A DNA stretch of 33,963 nucleotides. It comes from a virus. Its lineage: Duplodnaviria; Caudoviricetes. The stretch spans positions 1 through 33,963 of IMG/VR virus record IMGVR_UViG_3300043184_000051. One strand, written 5' to 3'. Position 1 is the first letter of the stretch; each line of letters opens with the position of its first letter. Below the pieces are notes generated by a model that searched no databases, was not told the DNA's origin, and saw only the letters and a program-made list of their open reading frames with translations. A program made the translations under genes and the position numbers. This document shows positions 1 to 7,910 of this stretch, piece after piece.

Positions 1-79
1 GAATACTTGTTCGTCGTTTTGCTCATCATGGCTCCACCTTCTCAAGAGTTGGAGCCTCCGGCAATCCCGGCGCGGTTCA
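1..79 (-). mobile_element. Left end (IRL and start of orfA) of an IS3-family insertion sequence, IS51-like group; truncated by the window edge
   Basis: Minus strand from 79 reads TGAACCGCGCCGGGATTGCCGGAGGCT, an IS3-type TG terminus. It is followed by a GGAG RBS and an ATG at 29 encoding MMSKTTNKYS, a typical IS51-group OrfA N-terminus. Confidence 0.85.
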
Positions 80-147
80 GGCAAGTAACAAAGTAACAGG
101 GAAGGTCGATTGATCTATTTGGACTATCCCGAAACTGGATTGCAGAG

Positions 148-843
148 GTGCGCCACGTGTCTTTTGCCGATGATCGCGCTGTACTTCGTCAATCCGAGCC
201 GAAAATCGTCGCCGCGCCGCTGACGCTCAGCCTGCATTACGCTCAGACCATCGCAACCGATGCCATCGCCTATTATCTGAGCCATGGCGATCTGCAGGCC
301 AATATTGTGAGGCATGACAGCCTGCCGACACGGCGCGATGAAACCGCCGATGTGACCGTCATCGTTCAGTCGCCGCTGAAAGGTTTGCCGATGGCCGCCG
401 AAATCATCGCCGCTTTCCGAAGTTGCGGCGCGCCGCCCACCTTAGTAATCGTCGCCTCGGCTTTCGCGACGGCGGTGCCGAACTATGTCGAAGCCGGGAT
501 TCAGGGCGTCCTTTCCCACACAACGCGCTTGCCGGTCTTGGCCCACGCCGTTCGTCTCGTCAGCGCGGGCGGTCGGTTCGTCTCGCAGGAATTGCTGGAT
601 GCGCAATGGGCCCAGGCCGGCACATTGGCCGATCGGGTGCCCGCTCATTTCCGCGGTCGCATTCCATTGACCACGCGCGAGCGTGAAGTTTTGGCGCTTT
701 TGCGCCAAGGGCAATCCAATAAGCAGATCGCCGGCGCTCTCGAAATCGCCGAGACGACGGCCAAGCTCCACGTGCGCCGTTTGATGCAGAAACTGAATGT
801 CGAAAACCGCACCCAAGCGGCACTGGCCGCGGGCCTGATCTAA
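148..843 (+). CDS. NarL/LuxR-family response-regulator-like transcription factor (host gene)
   Basis: C-terminal LuxR HTH (LTTREREVLALLRQGQSNKQIAGALEIAETTAKLHVRRLMQKLNVENRTQAA) and a degenerate N-terminal receiver-like region. Start codon uncertain. Confidence 0.88.
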   Translation: MRHVSFADDRAVLRQSEPKIVAAPLTLSLHYAQTIATDAIAYYLSHGDLQANIVRHDSLPTRRDETADVTVIVQSPLKGLPMAAEIIAAFRSCGAPPTLVIVASAFATAVPNYVEAGIQGVLSHTTRLPVLAHAVRLVSAGGRFVSQELLDAQWAQAGTLADRVPAHFRGRIPLTTREREVLALLRQGQSNKQIAGALEIAETTAKLHVRRLMQKLNVENRTQAALAAGLI

Positions 844-943
844 AGCACCTGAATCAGGCAGCGCGAGCGCCGCCCGGCCGAGCCGGGGAGAAATCGTCGA
901 TACCGTTGAGTTTCTTCGCTTTTCCACCCCTCTCAGCAAGCCT

Positions 944-972
944 TTGACAAGGGCGGCAAAGCTCTGTACGCC
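944..972 (+). promoter_or_regulatory. Candidate sigma70 promoter for tRNA-Lys
   Basis: TTGACA (944-949), 17 bp spacer, TACGCC (967-972), about 65 bp upstream of the tRNA. Confidence 0.5.
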
Positions 973-1037
973 CATTCTTCGTCTCACCGCCGGTCGGTTG
1001 CAACCGCCCGGCAGCGAACGCGCCCGTCGCGTCGTCA

Positions 1038-1113
1038 GAGCCCATAGCTCAGCCGGTAGAGCATCTGACTTTTAATCAGAGGGTCGATGGTTCGAATCCA
1101 TCTGGGCTCACCA
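1038..1113 (+). tRNA. tRNA-Lys (anticodon TTT); probable prophage integration site
   Basis: 76 nt cloverleaf: acceptor stem GAGCCCA/TGGGCTC, D arm GCTCAGCCGGTAGAGC, anticodon loop CTTTTAA, T loop TTCGAAT, encoded CCA. Confidence 0.97.
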
Positions 1114-1129
1114 ACCTTTCCCCTTTACA

Positions 1130-1204
1130 TATCAACAACTTAGCAAAACTATAGATTTCCAGGCCGGAAATATTTACCGTCGTATTTACCAGCGGCATTT
1201 ACCG
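1130..1204 (+). promoter_or_regulatory. att-arm region: IHF consensus site and three direct repeats (candidate integrase arm-type sites)
   Basis: TATCAACAACTTA (1130-1142) matches WATCAANNNNTTR. YATTTACCR occurs at 1171, 1183 and 1196. Confidence 0.65.
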
Positions 1205-1219
1205 GCAGGGGAACAGACG

Positions 1220-2407
1220 GTGAAGTACAGCGGGGTTTTCCGGGCCGTTGTGCGGGTGCCCGGCGCGAAGGCCATTCCACGCCAGACCAAGGCCGGGATG
1301 AGGGTCTACTACTACTGCCGCCGAACCGGCGCGGCCCTGGGCACTGAACCGGGGGAAGCCCGCGCCCGGCTGGCAGAGATACAGGCCGCCGCGACCCGCC
1401 CCCATGCGCTCGATGCGGCGACCCTTGGCGGTCTGATCGCGGCGTTCTATCGGGATGAGCGGTTCACCCGGCTGAAACCGAAAACCCGTGCGGATTACCG
1501 CTGGCACCTAGAAGCCATCCGGGAGCGGTTTGGAGACCTGCCGGTGCGCGGGATTGATGAGGCATGGATTGATCGCCTGAAAGCCAAGGGCGCAGCCAAG
1601 CCGTTCCGGACCAACGCCCGTATCGCCCGTCTCCGAAGGCTGTTCGCCTTTGCCGTCCGCGCCGGTTACGCCAAGAGCAACCCCGCGGCGAAGCCTGAAA
1701 TGCTGCGGACCCGGCCGCGGCGTATCCTGTGGTCGGAAGCCGCCGAACGGAAATTCCTCAGCGCGAAGCGTGAGGTCTTGCTTGGCGGCAATCCGAAGAT
1801 GTTGAAGTCAGCAATGCGGACCCGCACAGAGCCGTTGCCGCCGATGATCCGCCGCGCTTATCTCGTCGCGGTCTACACCGCGCAACGCCTTGCCGATGTT
1901 CTGGCGATGCGATGGGAGCAATATCAAACCAAGGGCGCGCGGGCATGGCTCCGCGTCAGGCAGGCGAAGACCGATGCTGTTGTCAACATCCCGGTCCATC
2001 GCACGCTGCGCCGGGAATTGGAGACGACGCCGAAGGACCGCCGCGCCGGGCCGATCATCACAACCGCAACCGGCCGGGCTTGGCGGCAGAAGGCGTTCTT
2101 CGTCCGTTGGCGGGCTTGGATAAAGGCGGCGGGGCTTGACGGTCTACAGTTCAGAGACCTCCGCCGCACCGCGATGGTGCGGCTTGCGGAAGCCGGAGCG
2201 AACCCCATTCAGATTGCGGCGATCAGCGGTCACTCCATCGACTACTGTCAGGGCATCTTGGAGACCTACATCCCGCGAAATCAGTTGATGGGTGAGGCCG
2301 CGATCAACCTTCTGGAAGCTCATCAAGCCGACGATGAGCCTCCTTCTTCGCCGCGTCGTCGTCATCCGGCGAAGACGGTTCCGGCGAAGGCGGCGCAGCG
2401 CCGTTGA
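1220..2407 (+). CDS. int: Phage integrase, tyrosine recombinase
   Basis: Catalytic motifs TAQRLADV (R), QAKT (K), FRDLRRT (H-x-x-R variant), SGHS and ETY (Y). Adjacent to the tRNA. Confidence 0.95.
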   Translation: MKYSGVFRAVVRVPGAKAIPRQTKAGMRVYYYCRRTGAALGTEPGEARARLAEIQAAATRPHALDAATLGGLIAAFYRDERFTRLKPKTRADYRWHLEAIRERFGDLPVRGIDEAWIDRLKAKGAAKPFRTNARIARLRRLFAFAVRAGYAKSNPAAKPEMLRTRPRRILWSEAAERKFLSAKREVLLGGNPKMLKSAMRTRTEPLPPMIRRAYLVAVYTAQRLADVLAMRWEQYQTKGARAWLRVRQAKTDAVVNIPVHRTLRRELETTPKDRRAGPIITTATGRAWRQKAFFVRWRAWIKAAGLDGLQFRDLRRTAMVRLAEAGANPIQIAAISGHSIDYCQGILETYIPRNQLMGEAAINLLEAHQADDEPPSSPRRRHPAKTVPAKAAQRR

Positions 2408-2615
2408 TCCTGGCCTTGATGGCGTCAACATGGGCGTCAAGATCGCGGACATCGAAGCGAATGGCCTTGCCCCATCGAACCGGCGTCAGCAGCGGGCGGG
2501 CGTGCTTATCGAACGCGGTCACGGCGATCTGCAAATAAGCCGCCGCCTGCTCCCTGGTCAGCACACGCGGCGTCATCCCGCGCGGAAGCTCGATGTCTTT
2601 ACGAGGCAAGGGCAT
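2304..2615 (-). CDS. Excisionase-like small HTH protein
   Basis: PRVLTREQAAAYLQI...PVRWGKAIRFDVRDLDAHVD is the Xis/AlpA-like pattern. Last gene of the early operon, convergent with int. Confidence 0.75.
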   Translation of the reverse strand: MPLPRKDIELPRGMTPRVLTREQAAAYLQIAVTAFDKHARPLLTPVRWGKAIRFDVRDLDAHVDAIKARINGAAPPSPEPSSPDDDDAAKKEAHRRLDELPEG

Positions 2616-2619
2616 CCGT

Positions 2620-3234
2620 CTAGGCCGCCGCCTTTAGGAAATCATGGTGGAGCCGGAGACGCTTCATAACCTCAAAGCAGGCGATGGCGTCCGCCTCTGC
2701 GGTATGCGCGTTCTCAAGCTGGCGACCAAGGAAGAACTGATAGGCTTCACCAAGGTTCGGTGTTTTGTAGTGACGACGCCCGGCGGCCAACATCTTCGCC
2801 GTCGGCGGCAGCTTCAAAACCTTCGTTGATGCTGTTGCCGTGCAGCCCGACGGTGACGCCTTCCACTCATCCGCAAGCGCGGCGTCGTAGAACCGCATCA
2901 GCGCAATCCGAATAATTCTCGCATCGAAGGTCTCATTGTGGGCGACCCGGCGCGCGGCCTTGCGCCAGAGCGATAGAAACGCGGTAACAACGTCCCGCTC
3001 CGGTACGCCCTCGGCAAGCGCCCGCTCGGTTGTGATCCCGTGGATGGCGGCGACATCATCCGGGATGATCCACCCCTCCGGCTTCACCGTCGCGGTGTAG
3101 CGCTCAACGACCTCATCGCCGTCGGTCAGCAGCGCCGCGATCTGAACGATATGCGGCTGCCTGGGGTCTTCCGATGGATCATTGAAAAGCGGAAGCCCGG
3201 TGGTCTCGGTGTCGTAAACAAGGATCAATCCCAT
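2620..3234 (-). CDS. DEDDh 3'-5' exonuclease (DnaQ/epsilon-like)
   Basis: ExoI YDTETTG, ExoII AHNETFD, ExoIII AHTAEAD, plus the HGIT motif. Confidence 0.93.
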   Translation of the reverse strand: MGLILVYDTETTGLPLFNDPSEDPRQPHIVQIAALLTDGDEVVERYTATVKPEGWIIPDDVAAIHGITTERALAEGVPERDVVTAFLSLWRKAARRVAHNETFDARIIRIALMRFYDAALADEWKASPSGCTATASTKVLKLPPTAKMLAAGRRHYKTPNLGEAYQFFLGRQLENAHTAEADAIACFEVMKRLRLHHDFLKAAA

Positions 3235-3273
3235 AGCGCTTTCTCCTTCTCCGGTTGTTAAGTCACTGTGCGG

Positions 3274-3630
3274 TCAAAGTCGCCACTCATACCAATCGCC
3301 ATTGGCGCGCTCGAAGATCACCACGTCCTGCGGCTGCGTCATGAAGAAGAAAAGCGGGATACCGAAAAGCTCTGCTTCTCCGCGCTTGACGCTGTGAGGC
3401 GACTGAAGGCTTGGAACAAGTGGGGCGTAGTCATAGAGCGCGGGATAGTGCTCGCGGTGTAGACGGATCGCCACCGGACGCCAGCCGCGCCAGAACTGAC
3501 GCTGGCCTAGTTCCTTGCTGATCCGACGCGCTATCTCGATCCCCGGCAACAATGATGAACCGAGCCGAATTCCGTGCATCCGGCAATACGCAGAACCGCG
3601 TTCATGCCACGCGATCGGTCTGGTCATCAT
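3274..3630 (-). CDS. Hypothetical phage protein
   Basis: Start overlaps the stop of the upstream ORF in the leftward operon. No motif recognised. Confidence 0.55.
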   Translation of the reverse strand: MMTRPIAWHERGSAYCRMHGIRLGSSLLPGIEIARRISKELGQRQFWRGWRPVAIRLHREHYPALYDYAPLVPSLQSPHSVKRGEAELFGIPLFFFMTQPQDVVIFERANGDWYEWRL

Positions 3631-3812
3631 TATCTTCCCCGCTCATCGTGATCAGGAATTAGCTGGGCGCGTAACTCCCGAATTGGCCCCTGCTCGATGC
3701 GATGCGCCTCGTGAAAGTCCCTACGCGCCTCAGCCGCTTTTGCCTCAGCCCTGAGCCTGCCGATTATTTCTTGCAGCAGTCGATTTACCGCTCTCTCAAT
3801 CGGATGAAGCAT
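3630..3812 (-). CDS. Hypothetical helical phage protein (MLHPIERAVNRLL...)
   Basis: GGAGG RBS before ATG at 3812, so shorter than the ORF-track call. Coupled to its neighbours. Confidence 0.6.
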   Translation of the reverse strand: MLHPIERAVNRLLQEIIGRLRAEAKAAEARRDFHEAHRIEQGPIRELRAQLIPDHDERGR

Positions 3813-4029
3813 CTGGCCTCCGCCGCTCGGAAAGATAGCGCTTCGCCTCCTGCGCCGCGCGGACATAAGCCTCACTCGGACGCTTGTCGTCTTCCTGCCC
3901 CTTGCGGTAGGTCCGCCATATCTCGTCACGGATCGGCTTCGGCAGCGCAAACCAATGATCTCGGCACATGAAGCGATGAGTAGGGACTTTACGGGAGCAG
4001 CCCGGTGCGTGGCAGGTATGTTTAATCAC
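3796..4029 (-). CDS. Small Cys/His (probable zinc-binding) phage protein
   Basis: GTG at 4029 after GGAGAGG. Pattern HTCHAPGC...FMCRDHWFALPKPIRDEIW. Confidence 0.7.
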   Translation of the reverse strand: MIKHTCHAPGCSRKVPTHRFMCRDHWFALPKPIRDEIWRTYRKGQEDDKRPSEAYVRAAQEAKRYLSERRRPDASSD

Positions 4030-4030
4030 T

Positions 4031-4384
4031 TCACGACCTCTCCTTGGCCGCAAGCGCAAGGCGCAGGCACTCAATCCGGGTGTCGCCGACAAAGCGGATG
4101 TCAACAAACTCCGTCCATCCGCCATTGCACAAAACGGCATGATCCGGCTGATCATTAAAGTCCGGGTTGGCGCAGAGAAAAGTAACGCTGTCGGCTTCGT
4201 GCTCCGTGAGCGTTTCAATTATCCGCCATGCCTCCAATGCCTCTGCATTGGGCGGCGACTGCAAGCGTTCTAGTGTGGCAACGGCCGCGCGAAGCTGATC
4301 CGCGAACGGCATGGAGAACCGCTTTCCTGCGTAGTCGGCGTACCAACGCAGCGCTTCGATCTGTTGGTCAAGCGTGTAGCTCAT
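4031..4384 (-). CDS. Hypothetical phage protein (MSYTLDQQIEAL...)
   Basis: ATGA overlap with the upstream stop at 4381-4384. Confidence 0.65.
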   Translation of the reverse strand: MSYTLDQQIEALRWYADYAGKRFSMPFADQLRAAVATLERLQSPPNAEALEAWRIIETLTEHEADSVTFLCANPDFNDQPDHAVLCNGGWTEFVDIRFVGDTRIECLRLALAAKERS

Positions 4385-4605
4385 CGCACCGTCTCCGGAA
4401 TAGTGACTACACCATATCGAATTTGCGCCCTCAGCATCCGTATCGCATCCCGCTGTTCGCGGAGACCGATATAAGCCTCCCACTCCCAAGGATGCCGGGT
4501 GCCTTGATAGGAGAGACGGAAGCGCTGCGCCTGTTGGTTCAGTTCGTATTCCGCATTGCTAAGCGCAGCGACCAGCGTTTCCGGATAGGACCGAGGCTTC
4601 TTCAT
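4381..4605 (-). CDS. Hypothetical phage protein
   Basis: ATGA-coupled at both ends. Confidence 0.65.
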   Translation of the reverse strand: MKKPRSYPETLVAALSNAEYELNQQAQRFRLSYQGTRHPWEWEAYIGLREQRDAIRMLRAQIRYGVVTIPETVR

Positions 4606-5243
4606 CCCGCCACCTCTGCCGGATCGAGCTCCAAGAGATTGCTTTCATGCACGGTGAAGGTCATCGCGGCGACGACGGGATTTTCGAGCCAATCGCCGGA
4701 GCCGTTGATTGTATCCCAGAGCTTCGCAAAGCAGTTGCGGGGGCTACTACCTAATACCGGCAGCATCACAGCCCGCCTGCCGCGACCGACTTTGTACTCA
4801 GCGCCGGGCACCGTCCAAATTTTCCCCCACTCGGTTTCTTGCTCAACAACGCCTTCTGCCTTTGCATCCCAGTTGTGGATGTCATGGACCGGATCAAAGC
4901 GGACGCCGGTAACGACCAAGGTCAGCCGGGAGCGCTCATAGGGCATGTGGATTGCGGGCTTCCACTTGATGATGTCTTTAACCGATGCCGTCACTTCACG
5001 ATCGAAGTCGGCGCGGAAGATCGTCCGGCGCGTATCTTGCGGGGCGTCGTTATCAGCGCGCCACGTCTCCTTAACCCAGAGAAGATCGCCGACCCTGACC
5101 TTACGCCATATCGTCGGCCGCTCAATCGGGAGACGGCCCTTGCGGTTGTCGAGACGAAAAAGGTGGCGGCGGGTCTGCGTCTTGCGGCCTTCGATCAGCG
5201 CGCGGATCATCGGACCCTTGAAGGTGATCGGGAAGACGCTCAC
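4602..5243 (-). CDS. ASCH/PUA-like domain phage protein
   Basis: PITFKGPMIRALIEGRKTQTRR (GxKxxxxR), VGDLLWVKETW, WKPAIHMP, AKAEG and the C-terminal W..NP.V...F motif. Confidence 0.8.
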   Translation of the reverse strand: MSVFPITFKGPMIRALIEGRKTQTRRHLFRLDNRKGRLPIERPTIWRKVRVGDLLWVKETWRADNDAPQDTRRTIFRADFDREVTASVKDIIKWKPAIHMPYERSRLTLVVTGVRFDPVHDIHNWDAKAEGVVEQETEWGKIWTVPGAEYKVGRGRRAVMLPVLGSSPRNCFAKLWDTINGSGDWLENPVVAAMTFTVHESNLLELDPAEVAG

Positions 5244-5452
5244 TGCTTCTTCTCCGACGGCTTAAAGACCTTGGCGTTTGTTGAAAGGATCGCATCGGCG
5301 AAGGCGTTCAGCGCGTCCTGTCCGTTTAGGTCAGCGGATTGCAAAGCGAACTGCCGGGCGTGCGTTGCGATGGATTGCGTCGCCGCCTCAAGCGCGACTT
5401 TCGACATTTCACGCATGACTTCATCCGGCGGAAGCTGGATCGGTTTAGTCAC
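5240..5452 (-). CDS. Hypothetical phage protein (VTKPIQLPP...)
   Basis: GTG at 5452 after GGGAGGGA. Stop overlaps the next start. Confidence 0.6.
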   Translation of the reverse strand: MTKPIQLPPDEVMREMSKVALEAATQSIATHARQFALQSADLNGQDALNAFADAILSTNAKVFKPSEKKQ

Positions 5453-5651
5453 TGCTATGTCCCTCCCACTGTTTGCAGCCCTGCCAAAGCGTCCGCTTCT
5501 GGCCGTAGACATCAGACGCCGGATTGCCGCAGCGGGAGCGCGAAACCATCCGCGAAACTGATGGCATGTAGTTAAGTCCGCCAAGGCGCTTCCAGGTAAT
5601 GATCTGCAAGTGAATACAGCTACAGCACTCGCGGGTTTTAGGAGCGCTCAC
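5445..5651 (-). CDS. Small Cys-rich phage protein
   Basis: CCSC...C...C pattern; GTGA coupling with the upstream gene. Confidence 0.55.
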   Translation of the reverse strand: MSAPKTRECCSCIHLQIITWKRLGGLNYMPSVSRMVSRSRCGNPASDVYGQKRTLWQGCKQWEGHSSD

Positions 5652-5962
5652 TTTACTTCTCCATCCGCGGTCATTTCGCGATCGAATACCGCCTCAAGGC
5701 TTTCATCGCAGCCAAATATTCCCACGCCCTGCCATTCGAGAGTATAGAGCTTCCCATGCCACGCCTTCCGGCTCTCCGGGGTGACATGGACAAGCTCTTG
5801 AGCGATGAAGTTCCATCGCCGCTCAACGTGATGAAGTCGCGACACTTCCGCGCGAAGCTCTTTGATGGCGTCGGCGCAATCCCGGAATAGATCGGGAGTT
5901 GGGGGCTTGCACGCCTGCGAGCGAAGCCATGCCTCATAAGCGTCAAGATCGGCGTCGTTCAT
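5648..5962 (-). CDS. Hypothetical phage protein (MNDADLDAY...)
   Basis: ATGA overlap at 5959-5962; short coiled coil. Confidence 0.6.
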   Translation of the reverse strand: MNDADLDAYEAWLRSQACKPPTPDLFRDCADAIKELRAEVSRLHHVERRWNFIAQELVHVTPESRKAWHGKLYTLEWQGVGIFGCDESLEAVFDREMTADGEVK

Positions 5963-6243
5963 GGCTCGCACCCCAACTGTCGAATGCGGCGCTCCCACCC
6001 GGCAATTTGCTGAGTGATGATCTGCCGCACCAAGTCCACCGGGAATTCAACTTTGACCCTGCGAACCTGATGGACGCCTTGCCCGACGTAGAAATCTTTT
6101 TCCGCCGGAAAGCCGCTGCCCAAAATGTACGGCCATTGCAGGACCTCTAAGTCCTTTTTTCGATGGCGTATGCACTCCCGTAAGTGATCGACCTCATTGA
6201 TCGTTTTCGCCGCCTCTCGCATCTGTTGTTCCGTTAGGTGCAT
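5959..6243 (-). CDS. Hypothetical phage protein
   Basis: Preceded by AAGGGGAACAGCG; coupled to the downstream gene. Confidence 0.6.
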   Translation of the reverse strand: MHLTEQQMREAAKTINEVDHLRECIRHRKKDLEVLQWPYILGSGFPAEKDFYVGQGVHQVRRVKVEFPVDLVRQIITQQIAGWERRIRQLGCEP

Positions 6244-6254
6244 CGCTGTTCCCC

Positions 6255-6698
6255 TTATCTCGGTTGGGCCTGTTTCATTTCATCTAAGGTCTCGAATACC
6301 GGCGCTTCCATATCGAGCTTGCTGCGATCGTAAGCCCCAAGACGCTCCATCCAACGCATCCACTGGTTCGGCCTGTCCTGCCGCTCCAAGAAGATTGCCG
6401 CTCCGGCGCAGTGCTGCTCGTCGCTGTGCGGCACACACTTGCCGTCATCGCTAAAGCGCGTCGTCTTGTGGCAGGTGAAAGAGGCGTCATGGAGAAGTGA
6501 CGATACAATATGCGTTACCCGCTCACGGGTTAGATAGCCGGGCCGGTCATTGCGGAACGGGCACTCTGCGCAGGGGCGAACTAGATCGAACTTCAAGTGA
6601 CGGTCTCCGGCTTTGACCACCGCGCCGCCGCGCCTTGTTTCGCAATCGCCGTTCTTTGCTCCGGCGACAAAGCAGACGCGCGCGTCATCGCTGATCAC
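6255..6698 (-). CDS. Cys/His-motif phage protein (DUF6283-like)
   Basis: RPCAECPFR...FTCHKT...QHCAGA pattern. Confidence 0.7.
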   Translation of the reverse strand: MISDDARVCFVAGAKNGDCETRRGGAVVKAGDRHLKFDLVRPCAECPFRNDRPGYLTRERVTHIVSSLLHDASFTCHKTTRFSDDGKCVPHSDEQHCAGAAIFLERQDRPNQWMRWMERLGAYDRSKLDMEAPVFETLDEMKQAQPR

Positions 6699-6967
6699 TC
6701 CCCGAGGTGCTCAACAAACGTAGTCTTGAAGTCATCGCCAGACCCGTACAATGAGAGCCACGGATGAAAATCGACGGCCTCAACAACCAGTTTCCCCGGC
6801 ACGTTGAAGGCTTCGGCGACATCAGCAAAACTTACCGGCTGATACTTCTGACACCGGGTCCAGACCTGAACGGCGTTGGAGAACAGAATAATTCCCGGCG
6901 CTCCGGTCTCGTGATCCCAACCGTCTTCTTCCGCGCCGAACTTCTCGAAAGCGTATTCCTCCGTCAT
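6695..6967 (-). CDS. Acidic hypothetical protein with possible HTH
   Basis: VSFADVAEAFNVPGKLVVEAV is HTH-like; coupled at both ends. Confidence 0.65.
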   Translation of the reverse strand: MTEEYAFEKFGAEEDGWDHETGAPGIILFSNAVQVWTRCQKYQPVSFADVAEAFNVPGKLVVEAVDFHPWLSLYGSGDDFKTTFVEHLGE

Positions 6968-7191
6968 CGCTGATCCTCTCCTAACGTAAATTGGTTTAGA
7001 TGCTGCACCAATCCGCTTAGCGCGTCCCGGTGCCAGCCCCGCGCCTGCGCTTCCTTCGCCTTGCGGACGCAGTTGAGCAGCGCGCGAAGCGTCTGCGGCT
7101 CAACCCTGGCCTTCCCGTCCGGCCCGCGGGTGCGGTCAACATCGGAAAGAAGGTGATGAAGGTTGTGCGGCTTCGGCAGATTGCGGCTCAT
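6964..7191 (-). CDS. Hypothetical phage protein (MSRNLPKP...)
   Basis: ATGA overlaps at both ends. Confidence 0.6.
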   Translation of the reverse strand: MSRNLPKPHNLHHLLSDVDRTRGPDGKARVEPQTLRALLNCVRKAKEAQARGWHRDALSGLVQHLNQFTLGEDQR

Positions 7192-7910
7192 AGCAGCCCC
7201 CGCGGTGCCCACTTCTCGAAGTCGGCTTCTATCTCTGCATAATTGCGGGGATGCATCTTCTGAAAATCAGGGAAGCTACCGCCGTTGACGAAGCCGTTGG
7301 GCGTCCGCTCCAACCAGAAGTCGGTGAACCGGCGGTGATCGAGACCGAGGTGTTTGAAGTCTTGGCGGGTGACTGCACCATTTCGCTTTAGGAGAACGGC
7401 AAGCCTGATGGCGCGGATTTTCCAGTCCGTCAGTTGAACCGGCGACTTCGCCCCCGCCGCTACATCCGGCACATACTCCGGCACCGTGCAGCGCTCCGCC
7501 GGGCAAAGCTCATGCCAATCATTCCATTCAAAGTGCTGCTCACCGATCTTTGGAAGGTCCGGGCGCACGAATGGGCGGGGACCGCTCTTCCATCGCTCGA
7601 TTGAGAACTGAACCGTCGTGATTTTGAGAGCCGCACAAATTGAAGTCAGCGCGCCGTTCGCCGGGCTCGGCACCAACACCGCGCGGAAGTCCGGCCCCCA
7701 TGGTCTGTAGCGGTCTTCCATCGCCTGCACGACGACTTCGGCGTTGAGCCGAAGCTTCGCCTGAACTCCGATTTGATAACCATCGCCGCGGACGAGCAGG
7801 ATGTCCCATCCGGCGGTTTCGGGATATGCCCGCCATCCCTGTTTCTCCGCCCATGGAATGAAGGCCGCGCATAGCTCAGCCTCGGTCTTGAACTTCTCTC
7901 CGGGCTTCAT
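7188..7910 (-). CDS. Putative PD-(D/E)XK-fold nuclease-like protein
   Basis: True start is probably ATG 7910 (MKPGEK, ATGA overlap). TEAELC...YPE...WDILLV...IGVQAK resembles an E...D...(Q)xK core. Confidence 0.55.
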   Translation of the reverse strand: MKPGEKFKTEAELCAAFIPWAEKQGWRAYPETAGWDILLVRGDGYQIGVQAKLRLNAEVVVQAMEDRYRPWGPDFRAVLVPSPANGALTSICAALKITTVQFSIERWKSGPRPFVRPDLPKIGEQHFEWNDWHELCPAERCTVPEYVPDVAAGAKSPVQLTDWKIRAIRLAVLLKRNGAVTRQDFKHLGLDHRRFTDFWLERTPNGFVNGGSFPDFQKMHPRNYAEIEADFEKWAPRGLL

